Source: Octopus vulgaris
Taxonomy: Eukaryota
Assembly: GCA_951406725.2 (NCBI GenBank)
Contig: OX597818.1
Span: forward strand, 145,886,001-145,950,000
DNA: 64,000 nt
Direction: 5' to 3'
Within the stretch, counting starts at the first letter, position 1. The number at the start of each line of letters is the position of its first letter. A program made the translations under genes and the position numbers. The notes under the pieces are model-generated. The model did no database searches. It was not told the DNA's origin and saw nothing but the letters and a program-made list of their open reading frames with translations. Shown piece after piece: positions 29,822 to 42,596 of the stretch.

Positions 29822-32021
29822 AAAAACCACTATTATGTAATTCAAACAATGATAGACATAAATCATACCATATAGAAAAAATAAAATATATGATAAAACA
29901 TTTACCTAGATCACAATAAAGTACATAATAAACAGTATATAATTAATAAATAGACTACATACATTTTGTGGCTATATCTTCAATTCGAATTAAATTAAAT
30001 TTAAATTTAATCAATCCCAAAACAATTCAATTCAAAAAATAGTCACTCTTCAGGTCAACTATAACAATAATAGTTAAATAAATACATATTTTTTTAATAA
30101 ATAATCAAACAGAATTAAACAATATTTGTTAAAGAAATAAAAAATATTTCTTAAAGAAATAAAAGCATGATTCTTCTTATAGAAGAAATTCCGTTAGCTA
30201 AATTTTAAACTTAAAAAGTAGGACCAAGTGTTTATAATACATTTATCACATTAAAGACCTAATCTAAAAAAATAGAGTAAATAGAGAGATATGTAGAAAT
30301 AGGTATTTTATCTCTAAAGATATATTTTAGCATTGAGAATAATCTAAACAAACTATAGTATATCTTTACTGGAAAAATATAAGAGTCTAATTAACTAAAA
30401 TAAAAATACTTAAAATACATCATATACTTAAGTTAAGCTAAATTACTATAACTTAATCTATATTAATTAATTAATTAAATTATATATTTATTTATTTAAA
30501 TAGACATCTAATTTTATCCTATACTAACTATGTACTAAACTATATACAAAACATGTGTAGGCTTATAATATATCTTATATCAACAATGCTGCAGCCATAA
30601 TCCTGCAATAGTATTTTATATATATTTCAAAAATATACTCACAAATAATTTAAACTTACTGTATAATTAAATTAATTTATGTCTATAACTAATATTTCAC
30701 TCAATGACAGAATAAACAAAGTACTTATTATTATTATTAATTTCAATAGTATATAAAGAAAAAAAAAACTTTACGCTACTTATACTATAATATTTTACAT
30801 TACAAACTACTTCACAAAACAACCATAAATAATACTTTTAGATTTTAGTTCACATATAATAATTATAATGGTAAGAATGATTAAATAAATGTACATATCT
30901 TAAATTATAATTAACAAAAAGAAATAGAAATACATATTTTTTTATCAATAATCATATAAATTTCACCATTATTTCTTAAATAAAAGGAATATTTATTTTT
31001 TCGAAGATATTTTATGAACTAAAATTTTTTAATTAAAGACGTATAACTTAGTGCTTATATGTCTAGATCTAATATTTCGCTTATTAAGGGAATAACAAAA
31101 GTACTTATCATTATTATTAAATTCAATAGTTCCAAAAAAATAATAAATTTTCCCTACCTATATTATGATATTTTACATTACAAAGTATTTCACAAAGCAA
31201 TCACACTTAATACTTTTAGATTTTAGTTCACATATAATAATTATAATAAGAAGAATATTTAAATAAATGTACGTATCTAATTTATAATTAACAAATAAAT
31301 AAATTAGAAATCCATATTTTTCAATCAATAATCATATAAAGTACAGCATTATTTCTTACATAAATTTTATACTTATTTTTTCGAAGATATTTATGAACTA
31401 AAAATTCAAAACTAAAAACATATTACTTAGCGTCTATAATTTTTTCTTGTGAAACAAGTGTTTAGTATTATTATTATTATTATTAAATTCAATAGTTCCA
31501 AAAACATAATAACTTTTCATGACCTAAACTAAAATATTTTACATTACAAACAATTTCACAAAGCAACCACACTTAATACTTTTAGATTTTAGTTCACATA
31601 TAATAATTATAATAATAAGAATAATTAAAAAGAATAATTAAATAAATGTAAGTATCTAAATTATAATTAGAAATAAAAAAATTAGAAATCCATATTTTTC
31701 AATCAATAAGCATATAAATTACACCATTATTTCTTAAATAAATTTTATTCTTATCTTTTCGAAGATATTTTATGAACTAAAAATATTTGACCTGAAGAGT
31801 AACTATAGTTTTAAATTGAATTGTTTTGGGATCGATTAAATTTAAATTTAATTGTAATTCGAATTGAAAAAATATACGTAGTCTATTTATTAATTATATA
31901 CTGTTTATTTATTATTATGTACTTTATTGTGATCTAGATATATGTTTTATCATATATTTTATTTTTTCTATATGGTATGATTTATGTCTATCCTTGTTTG
32001 AATTACATAATAGTGGTTTTT
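29822..32021. mobile_element. Large fold-back element: ~235-bp inverted arms around an AT-rich interior with three tandem units
   Basis: Arms 29822-30058 and 31787-32021 are reverse complements. Each has a CUGAAGA core reading outward. The tail aaaaccactatta.g.aa.tcaaacaatga is shared with 38745-39280. Confidence 0.85.
30710..31786 (+). repeat. Three diverged tandem units (~320-380 bp)
   Basis: Units start near 30710, 31091 and 31460. Each contains taatacttttagattttagttcacatat and ttcgaagatatttt-atgaactaaaa. Confidence 0.9.
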
Positions 32022-32061
32022 CTCTATGTACATGTTTGTGCGTTTGTGTTTGTCCTCCAAC

Positions 32062-32290
32062 TATTTATTTCTTTACTGCCCACAAGGGGCTAAACATAGA
32101 GGGGACAAACAAGGACAGACAAACGGATTAAGTCGATTACATCGACTCCAGTGCGTAACTGGTACTTAATTTATCGACCCCAAAAGGATGAAAGGCAAAG
32201 TCGACCTCGGCGGAATTTTGAACTCACAACGTAACGACAGACGAAATACGGCTACGCATTTCACCCGGCGTGCTAACGTTTCTGCCAGCT
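32062..32290 (-). mobile_element. SINE family 3 (Nin-domain-like), nested in a family-1 copy
   Basis: Minus strand: agctggcagaaacgttagcacgccggg...gaggtcgactttgcctttcatccttttggggtcgataaattaagtaccag. Family-1 sequence lies on both sides (32030-32061 and 32291-32397). Confidence 0.85.
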
Positions 32291-32397
32291 TGACAATTGA
32301 TGTTGAAGTGTTTATGTCCCCATAACTTAGCAGTTTGGCAAAAAGATAACAATAGATTAAGTACTAGGTTTACTAAGAATAAGTCCTGGGGTCGATT

Positions 32398-32552
32398 TTT
32401 TTGTCTCCTTGTTTTTTCTGTGTTCCTTTCTGTAGAAGAGTCTAGGCTCGAAACGTAAAAGACTTTTTCTATTCCTGAGCGTTATACTAATACATCTGTT
32501 TGTTTTGTACACCACCTGTCTTCGTCTTTTGTTTTTTTCGTAAACTTTCCCT
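32398..32552 (+). mobile_element. Short hammerhead-variant element, family A
   Basis: cttt-CTGTAGA-agagtctaggctc-GAAAC-GTA-aaag at 32426-32461. Homologous to 37161-37290. Confidence 0.65.
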
Positions 32553-32582
32553 ATATATATATATATATCTACATATATATAC

Positions 32583-32614
<32 letters not shown>

Positions 32615-32664
32615 GTATGTATATATATATATATATGTATAAAAATCTATATGTGTGTGAATGT

Positions 32665-32880
32665 AAGGTAGCGAATTGACAGAGTTGTTAGATTGCCAGT
32701 GAAAATGCATAGCAGCATTTTGCCCATCTTAATGTTCTGAGTTGAAATACTGCCGGGGTTGACTTTGCCTTTCCTCCCTTCAGGGTAGATAAAATAACTG
32801 CCAGTTGAGACCTAGGGTTAGTGTAATTGACTTACCCAAGCCCCTTGAACTTGCTAGCCTTGTACCAAAATTTGAAACCA
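32665..32880 (+). mobile_element. SINE family 3
   Basis: ggtagcgaattgacagagttgttag...gttgactttgcctttcctcccttcagggtagataaa...ccttgtaccaaaatttgaaacc. Confidence 0.8.
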
Positions 32881-32982
32881 ATATGTGTATGCATGTATAT
32901 GTGTGTGTATATATATATATATATACATGCACACACACACACACACACACATACATATACATATATATATTTATATGCAGTG

Positions 32983-33119
32983 ATAGAGTGACCAATGTTT
33001 TCACATCCATAAAGGGCCTAGCTCCATTAATGACATAATAGAAGGCTTTGGCTTTAGAGTCTGACAAGCCATCCATGGGGTTAGGCCTGTTATGGATGTG
33101 AAACCATCGGTCATTCTAT
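32983..33119. mobile_element. Small fold-back with hammerhead motif in the right arm
   Basis: Arms of ~43 bp. At 33057-33116: gagt-CTGACAA-gc-catccat...atggatg-t-GAAAC-catcg-GTC-attc. Confidence 0.8.
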
Positions 33120-33289
33120 GACTGGACATAGACTTACCTGCATATGGATACATTACTGCTTTAGGCTGTGCTTCTTTTTCGGATATATGATACATTGATG
33201 ATATACACACACACATAGACACTCATACATACACTTGGACACTCATACATACACTCACATACACACACAAACATACACTCACACACGCA

Positions 33290-33790
33290 CATACAATGAA
33301 CAGCTACTGGGAAAGGTTGAAACAGCTAAGACTCTACTCCCTGGAGAGAAGGTGAGAGAAGTATGCAGTAATATATATCTTGAAGATCTTAGAAGAAATT
33401 GTGCCAAATTTTGGCATTGAAAGCTACACCAATGCCAGAACGGGTTGACACTGCATAGTGCCAAAAATCCCAGCAATGCCGTCGTGCTTCAGGACCAGTT
33501 ACTGCAACAGCCTGGGTTTCAAGGGCCCACAGCTTTTTAATATTCTCTCAAAGAACCTGAGAAATCTCCACAAAGTAGATGTAGGTGTTTTTAAATCAAG
33601 GCTGGACCTCTTCCTGTCAAGAGTCCTAGATGAACCTAGTCAAGAGTCCTAGAAGAGGTGCAAATGAGGGTAGCTACATCAAACTCCATTCTACACCAGG
33701 TGCCATATATTGAAGGAAGATTTCAGTAATAAAAGTGTAGCAAAATGGTGGTGCTCCAGCGTGGCCATAGCTATGAGCTGAAACTACAAA
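33290..33790 (+). mobile_element. CR1-type LINE 3' end
   Basis: NSLGFKGPQLFNILSKNLRNL...FKSRLDLFLSRVLDEP; 3' tail ggtggtgctccagcgtggccatagctatgagctgaaact. Confidence 0.8.
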
Positions 33791-34457
33791 AACAAAAAAA
33801 GTATTGCAGTGTGCTCTGTGGTTTTAAGAACCTGATCAACTGTCTCTATGGTTATGAATAGTAAGATGGAATGAAATTAAGTGAGGAGAATCTATTGATG
33901 AAACAAAAGAAGGGGAGGCTTTGTGAGAAAATGTTTATATTAAGAGCTTACATGTGATTGAGGAGAATATAAAAATTAGCAAGTTAAAAGAAAAGGAAAT
34001 AAACTAACATGTAGCCATTCTATATTTCTATTGAATGTTTGGTGATTCTGTGAATCATCTACCATTAATTAATGAAATTTCTTTATGATAAAACACATTA
34101 AAAAACAACCTGTGCTTTATCAAAACCTGATTGAATCAGATCAGCATGTCCAAATAAAAAATATCGGTCGTCTGGTGATACAAAGCACAAATAGATATTT
34201 TTCATATTCTAGAATAGTTTAGTTATATTTTTAGTAGATTCTTGGTGTTTGTTTCCATTTTTAGAAATCTAATTTCAAAGGAATTTAATTTTCTTAGATA
34301 TTAAATGTGAGAGTAAATAGAGTTTTTTGTAAAGCATGAACTAGATTTTTGGATAAAAAAAATAATAAACATACAGGTGTGAATGTATGTCTGTTGAAGA
34401 TACACACACATAAATATATATATATACATGTATGTATATATATATACATATATATAT

Positions 34458-34511
<54 letters not shown>

Positions 34512-34513
34512 TC

Positions 34514-34545
<32 letters not shown>

Positions 34546-34969
34546 CATCTAATGTCCAGCTTCCTTGTTGGCATAGGTTGGACAGTTTGACACAGACTGC
34601 ATTGTATATCAGCATCAGCTTTGGTATAGTTTTTAAGGCCAGATGCCTTTCCTAATGCCAGTCATGTGTTTGGAAGTCTACAAACCTGAAATTCTGCATT
34701 CTTATGTAAACTGGGGTGATTCAGGCATGAAGAAAGAGGTTGGGATAGAGCAACCCTTTGTTGTTTATGAGCTACATTTCACATTAAGGAGAGAGGGTAA
34801 GCATGAATTAGAGCTATCATCAAATGTGTGTATGTGTGTGAGTGTGTGTGCATGCATGTGTGCATGCACTGGTGTGTATATGTGTGTTCATGTGTATGCA
34901 TGTGTGTGTGTTTGTGTGTGCGTGAGTGTGTTTATGTGATGCATGTGTGTATGTATGTATGTATGTATA

Positions 34970-35000
<31 letters not shown>

Positions 35001-35582
35001 GTGTGTGTATGTGTGTGTGTGTGTATCATCTTCATCATCATTTAGTGTCTGTTTTCCATGCTGGCACGTGTTAGACTGAAACTGGTAAACTGAAGCGCTA
35101 CACCAACTTCTAGTCTGATTTGGCAAAGTTTCTATGGCTGGATGCCCTTCCTAATGCCAACTACTCCACACACACTTTTCAGATTTTTGAACTTACTGAC
35201 CAATAACATTATATATATATAGATATACATAGATATATACACACATATGTGTATATATTTCAATACACTGTCTCACACACATACACATGCACAATGGAGC
35301 TCAAATGCTCTTCTGACTTGTTGAATTCTGTTAAACCATCCAACCCATAGCAATATGGAATATGAATGTGAAATGATGAAGATGAAGATGATGAAGTATG
35401 ATGAATATATACATGTCTATATGTGTAGATTTTATTCAATATATATAATGCATGTACATATTTATATCTAAATTCTATATATATTTATATATCTATGTAT
35501 ATATATATACATATAACTTCATGTAAATACTTTACTGCTCTGACCTTTAGAATGTACTTAGTTTTGGGATATATGATCCATT

Positions 35583-35627
<45 letters not shown>

Positions 35628-35658
35628 TATGTATATATATATGAATATATATATATGC

Positions 35659-35704
<46 letters not shown>

Positions 35705-35720
35705 TTATGTACTTATACAC

Positions 35721-35749
<29 letters not shown>

Positions 35750-35751
<2 letters not shown>

Positions 35752-36165
35752 GTGAAACATGGGCTACAACAAAGAGAGAAGAGCAGAGACTAGAAACGGC
35801 TCAAAGAGCCATCGAAAGGTCAATGCTTGGTATCTCGTTGAGAGAGCACATCAGTAGCGAGATCATCAGAAAGAAGTCCGGCGTGAGGGATGTCATCGCA
35901 GAGTATACACGCAGAAAGTTTAGATGGGCTGCACACGTTGCCCGGCTCACTGATAATCAGTGGACCTGCACAATTGTCAAGTGGTATAACGCATAAGCGG
36001 AAACAACCACCCGGAAAGCCTCCACAACGATGAAGTTTCAATTTCAGGAGGACGATTGGGATCACGTGGATGAGAAAGGCATGATCCAGAGAGGAGTGGA
36101 CAGAGTGCTGTGACCAGTGGTATCAAATGGACGCCCAGTGGACTGGTCAGTCATGGTGATCAAGA

Positions 36166-36170
<5 letters not shown>
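35750..36170 (+). mobile_element. RTE-clade LINE 3' end
   Basis: [29 protein letters not shown]...KFRWAAHVARLTDNQWT...RKQPPGKPPQR; tail ctggtcagtcatggtgatcaagatgat. Confidence 0.85.
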
Positions 36171-36216
<46 letters not shown>

Positions 36217-36272
36217 TATATGTATATACATATACATAGATACATACATAGATACATACATACATACATACA

Positions 36273-36324
<52 letters not shown>

Positions 36325-36331
36325 CATATTG

Positions 36332-36627
36332 ACATATAGACATCAGTTTATTCAAAGATATTCAAATCAAAATAAAATGAAATTCTTATCCCTACAGCCG
36401 TTTCCATACCCAATTAATTCAATTAGAGAAATTAAATTGAATTATATTAATTCAAAATTTTCATATTGAAACTGGTTAATTGGGTATTTCATCAGGAGAG
36501 AATTTTCCAGAAAGGAATTTAATTTAATTTCTCTAATTGAATTAATTGGCTATGGAAACAACTGTAGGGATAAGAATTTCATATTATATTGATTTGAATA
36601 TCTTTGAAGAAAACGAGGTCTATATGT
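36332..36627. mobile_element. Fold-back element, ~105-bp arms
   Basis: 36332-36438 is the reverse complement of ~36520-36627. Confidence 0.9.
36389..36499 (-). ncRNA. Type-I hammerhead ribozyme motif (core intact)
   Basis: UCUC-CUGAUGA-a-AUACCCAAUUAA...UUAAUUGGGUAU-g-GAAAC-GGCU-GUA-GGGA: 12-bp stem II, GUA triplet, stem I UCUC/GGGA. Confidence 0.75.
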
Positions 36628-36804
36628 GAATTTCTCCATTTTCTTCTTTTCCTCATTCATAAATATTTTAAACACCCACATCCATCAATGCAAAACTAAC
36701 GGATTTAGTTTTTCACTGAACACTGGTATAAATCAGAGAAATAGGATGCAAACATCCCTTAAAGGATTATAGGTACATAGGATAATTACATATATACATA
36801 TATT

Positions 36805-36995
36805 ATCATCATCATCATCATCGATTAACATCCGCTTTCCATGCTAGCATGGGTTGGACGGTTTGACTCAGAGTTGGCGAACCAGATGGCTGCACCAGGC
36901 TCCAATCTTGATCTGACAGAGTTTCTACAGCTGGATGCCCTTCCTAACACCAACCACTCTGAGAGTGTAGTGGGTGCTTTTACATGCCACCGGCA
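36805..36995 (-). mobile_element. SINE family 2
   Basis: (CAT)n-cgattaacatccgctttccatgctagcatgggttggacgg...atgccaccggca. Confidence 0.88.
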
Positions 36996-37076
36996 TATAT
37001 ATATATTATTCAACTAAAGGCTGTGCTCCAAGCACGGCTGCAGTCAAATGACTGAAACAAGTAAAAGAATAAAAGA

Positions 37077-37129
<53 letters not shown>

Positions 37130-37160
37130 AATTCATTTATATATATATATATATATATAT

Positions 37161-37290
37161 CCTTGTTTTTTTCTGTGCATCTTTCTGTCGAAGATCGTAG
37201 GCGCGAAACGTAAAATACTTTTTCTATTTCTATTCCTGAGCACTATACCAATACATTTGTTTGTTTGTACTCCACCTGCCTTCGTCTTTC
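37161..37290 (+). mobile_element. Short hammerhead-variant element, family A
   Basis: ttt-CTGTCGA-agatcgtaggcgc-GAAAC-GTA-aaa; body matches 32398-32552. Confidence 0.65.
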
Positions 37291-37455
37291 AGATGCCGAA
37301 GTGGAATACCACAAAACCATCTCTTCGGTTATCTGGCCATCTGAAAAACGCTATGAAAAAATACCATTTTTCATAGCGTTTTTCAGATGGCCAGATAACC
37401 GAAGAGATGGTGTTGTGGATTTCCACTTCGGCATCTGAAACTCAGAGTTTTATCT
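37287..37455. mobile_element. Near-perfect hairpin (74-bp arms, 6-nt loop) with hammerhead motif
   Basis: Arms 37287-37360 and 37367-37440. Plus strand 37393-37455: agataa-CCGAAGA-gatg...catc-t-GAAAC-tcaga-GTT-ttatct. Confidence 0.85.
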
Positions 37456-37555
37456 TGTCTATTGAGTAATTGTAACATATTATTTTATAGATAAATTCCC
37501 TCTGTTTACATAATATTGAGGTCTCTTTCTTTCTTTTGTTATCTTACTGTTTTTA

Positions 37556-37597
<42 letters not shown>

Positions 37598-37605
37598 AAT
37601 AACGG

Positions 37606-37725
37606 TTTGACTCACCACCATATGACTTTAAGTTTCGTAAGCTCAAACAGTGAACCAATCTACCAGACAAGATAGGTTCGACATATCTGTCTACAAAACC
37701 TCAAGTCATGCACAAGTGAGTCAAA
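37606..37725. repeat. Degenerate small fold-back
   Basis: tttgactcac..atgactttaagtttcgta versus tacaaaacctcaagtcat..gtgagtcaaa. A GAAAC-N5-GTC remnant reads outward. Confidence 0.65.
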
Positions 37726-37835
37726 ATTTTATGACATAATACATGCAACTCTTACCAAATGCATCCTATGTTACTATCTTTCATTTGTCCACTTACATAT
37801 ATGTGTGCATGCATGTGTGTGTGCATGTGTAATTA

Positions 37836-37882
<47 letters not shown>

Positions 37883-37916
37883 ACATACATACATACACAC
37901 ACACACACAAAACATA

Positions 37917-37949
<33 letters not shown>

Positions 37950-38663
37950 TTGATTTGATTTGATTTTGTCTAGTTTCAGCTCATGTGCTCTAGCACCACC
38001 ATATATGTGGATATATATATATATATATATAAATTCTGATTATGTCAAGATGTAATAATTACATAAGACGAGCCTTACATAATAGAAGCATAAAGTCATC
38101 AATGAAACTCGTGTAAGGTTGCAGTAAGTAACCAATTTCTGAACAAACACTTCAGTTGTGTTATATATATATATATAGACACACATGTATATATATGTGT
38201 ATGTACATATGCATTCAAATATTGCACACTAACACATATCTATTCGAATGTATGTATACAAATATATTCAAGCATTATATAAGTATATATTCAAATATTA
38301 TGTATCTGTATATGAAAATATGTATCTATCTATGTAATCAAATACAATATATAAATCTATATATTCAAATATAATATACCGATGTAATTTATGCTTAAAT
38401 TTCATTCAACTATATATTAATATATATATGTATAAATATATATGTGTGTGTGTGTGTGTATGTAAAAATATACCTTATATGTGTGTGTGTGTGTATGTAA
38501 AAATATATCTTATATGTGTGTATAAGCAGACACAGACAGACACATGCAAACACATGAACTAGCACACACACACACACACACACATATATACTCCTGCCTC
38601 CATAAATATAACCTGATATAAACATATTATTAACCCATGTATCCCTGTGTATTTATATCTATT

Positions 38664-38694
<31 letters not shown>

Positions 38695-38715
38695 GTGTAT
38701 GTGTGTGGGGATATA

Positions 38716-38744
<29 letters not shown>

Positions 38745-38753
<9 letters not shown>

Positions 38754-39275
38754 TAAATTAGAGACAAAACCACTATTAGGCAAATCAAACAATGAAAAAC
38801 TTAAGCCAATACATATGATTATTTATATTATTTAAATATGTAACAAAATTATTAAAAAAATATAATTAATATCACACTACGATCGTTTCATGCCTGCTGT
38901 CTTCAAATTTTTGAGTCGCAGTCATCATATGTGCATATATCTATTCGAATGGTTTAAATATTTTAAATATTTTTCTTGTTTAAACCTCGCCAAGAAAAAT
39001 ATTTAAACCACCTGATGACTGACTGCGACTCAAAAATTTGAAGACAGCAGGCATGAAACGATCGTAGTGTGATATTAATTATATTTTTTTAATAATTTTG
39101 TTACATATTTAAATAATATAAATAATCATATGTATTGGCTTAAGTTTTTCATTGTTTGATTTGCCTAATAGTGGTTTTGTCTCTAATTTAATATAATATT
39201 TTACTATAAAATTGGATTCAATCCTAAATCTGATTTTTCCCTGTAAGTTTGGATTTATTCCCTAATATTTATTAT

Positions 39276-39280
<5 letters not shown>
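38745..39280. mobile_element. Fold-back element, ~183-bp near-identical arms, inserted in (TA)n
   Basis: 38745-38927 is the reverse complement of 39013-39199. An inner inverted repeat ggtttaaatattt / aaatatttaaacc lies in the spacer. Confidence 0.95.
39009..39069 (+). ncRNA. Type-I minimal hammerhead ribozyme motif (core intact)
   Basis: CAC-CUGAUGA-c-UGACUGC...GCAGGCA-u-GAAAC-GAUC-GUA-GUG, with palindromic stem III ACGAUCGU. Confidence 0.8.
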
Positions 39281-39360
<80 letters not shown>

Positions 39361-39380
39361 GTGTGTGTGTGTGTATGTAT

Positions 39381-39444
<64 letters not shown>

Positions 39445-40155
39445 AAACACATTTATATATATGCATATATATGCACATATATTTATTCTTGCATGCATAA
39501 CATTCTCATATATAACTCATAGCACTTTAAGCATAAAAATTATCACTTAAATGTGAGCAGAGTTTAAACTGAAAAAACTTTTCATTTGTATCAGTCAATT
39601 GTTTTATTTTCTTTTGTATTTTATGCTACCTATTAAAAGTTTATTAAGAAAACGATCTGAAATATAGTAAATTTCTATGTAGAAAACAGAATTGAAATGA
39701 GAAGAAGAAAGAGAAATAAATCTGCTTATTTTAAAAACAATTTGTATACCACATGCATAAATATTCAATGTTATAACCAATGTGTAAACATTCAAGGTTC
39801 AACCCAGTTTGGAGATCACGTTTGCTCATTCGATTTATATCACATTCATTTGGGTTACAGTTGGAACTGAGTCATTGTATGAACGCATCATTTGGAGTTC
39901 ATGTTGATTGGCAGTCGATAACTCAGCCCTTGTTAACTATAAAATTATAAAGAGCAATACAAGGCAAGTAGATGAGACAAAAGTTTCAAAATTAGGGTTC
40001 TTCAGATTACAGTTTAGCATTCTTAGAAATGAATTCAAAATATAGTGGGTATCATCTTTGCCTTTCATGATTCCTGGCTTAATTAATAAGTCATTGTTTT
40101 TAAACATAAATTCAAATGTCTGTCAATTCCATAAAATTATAAAAACATATAGGCC

Positions 40156-40358
40156 TTAACCCTTTAGCATTCAGATTGTCATCTCAAATGTAATGCTTAT
40201 TAAATGACATTGTTTTGAATTAATCAAGCATTATCTTATAGCTTTGTGATTTTGGTGATGTAATTGTAGAATGACATTGTAAGGTTTGTATGACAGACCA
40301 AGTAAAACAAATGGAATATTTGGGCCAGATGTGGCTGGTTTAAATGCTAAAGAGTTAA
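40156..40358. mobile_element. piggyBac-like MITE
   Basis: TTAA-ccctttagcatt...aatgctaaagag-TTAA. Confidence 0.8.
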
Positions 40359-40879
40359 GCCATAAAACAAAGACAATTTTATAGTTTTCCAGCTGCAAGT
40401 AAGAATGAACTGTGCTTCACACAGTGCTGATTTACAACTATGATAACAAAGCCAAGAAGAGATGAAAAAATGGCATGGAATAATGCAGATCTGGATACAA
40501 AATTCATACCAGCAGCCTTCAGATGATGATCCAACATCTTATCAGAATTGTCACTCTATTGATGTAACATTAACAATAAAAATGGTTCTTGGAATAAGAG
40601 TAAACTTGTAAAAGTAAGCTGTTGTAGATGGTGTTTTTAGTAATGGCAGTCTTGAGAAAAGGGCAAAACCTCATGCATGCTGTAGTTGTAGTAGTAATAA
40701 AAAGTCAATCATTAATGAAAATATAATTTTTGTCTCCCTCCTGTGATCACTGAAAATGTGGTGCTCCATACTCTGCTAGTAAATATATGGAAATCATTAT
40801 AATATATTTCTTTCAATGCATATCTACCCTTCATTTTTAGTGTTCTGTCATCACTAAAACAGAATACAAATTTTATACA

Positions 40880-40913
40880 TATGTATACACACACATATGA
40901 TATATGTACATAC

Positions 40914-40967
<54 letters not shown>

Positions 40968-40970
40968 ATG

Positions 40971-41012
<42 letters not shown>

Positions 41013-41013
41013 G

Positions 41014-41051
<38 letters not shown>

Positions 41052-41292
41052 CACATGTATATATACACATATATACATATACATATATATATATATGTAT
41101 ATATTTATATACATATATATACATATATATATATATATACATATATATGTGTTCATGTATATATATACACATATATACATATCTATATATATATACATAT
41201 GTATATGTATATGTGTATATATATATGTGTATGTGTATATTATATATATGTGTATGTGTATATATGTATATATATATATTTATATATATACA
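40880..41292. repeat. Compound (TA)n/(TACA)n/(TG)n microsatellite
   Basis: Seen directly. Confidence 0.95.
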
Positions 41293-41605
41293 CACAGTTC
41301 AACCCATGCTAGCATGGAGAACAGACGCTAAACGATATATATATATAAGGTAGCCATATCATGTGAGTATTTGTGTACATTGTTGTATATTTTTACATCT
41401 AATGATCAATGGACAAGCACGTGTGTTAACATACATATTTAATTTATTCATTAGTATAAAAATAAAGGGCATTGTTCTTGCACTTTTAGGTTTCTCCACA
41501 TTGAGAGGGAGAATAACAGGAGCATGGAAATAGGGTGAATTTGAACTGTTGCAGGTTAGTTACAGCTGGGAAAAAGATGATGGGGAAGTGTATGTTTGTA
41601 TATGC

Positions 41606-41684
<79 letters not shown>

Positions 41685-42381
41685 TATATACTTATATATA
41701 TACGTTATTATTATAAGAGAAGAAAATGAGTATTATGAAAGGTGTAATAACCAGTAGCAACTCTGGATTTAATTATCCCTTAGAGGTACTAAACTCCTCA
41801 AACTTGATACCTATATATATATATGTATATATATATAAAACCTACAAGTTCATGTGCAATATTCTTTACTTTTGTACTAATAAATATATTTATAAATTGA
41901 ATATGCATGTTAACACCTCAATGCATGTATATTAATCTATAGATACAAAAATATACAAAAATGAACACATACACATATACACACCCATACTCACATAGTA
42001 TGTCTAACTAATAATTTTTAGAAACAGTATTTTGCTTATTACAAATTATATATTCATTTAGTTTACAATCCTTCTGATGTGCACTGTTATTCAAAATTCC
42101 CTTAAATTAGGTAAGATAATTTAGCAACATAATTAGCCTCCATATGATGTTCTTTTTCTCTACTGAGAGACCATCAGCTAAGAGAGAACAAAAGTAACAT
42201 CTTACTTTTTACTTTACTCCTTCAACATTGCTGTTAAGTATATTTTTTTCATTCCTCAAAAGTCAACAACAATTGCATGATACACTAACAGAAAATGGGT
42301 ATATACACATACAGACATATGTTGATGTGACATATATAAGTATATACCTGCATAAATATACCCTGAAAAATTTACATTTAC

Positions 42382-42596
<215 letters not shown>

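Noticed and set aside
30060-30700. Extremely AT-rich stretch as a mitochondrial insertion
   Set aside because: No recognisable mitochondrial gene or tRNA. It lies inside an inverted-repeat element.
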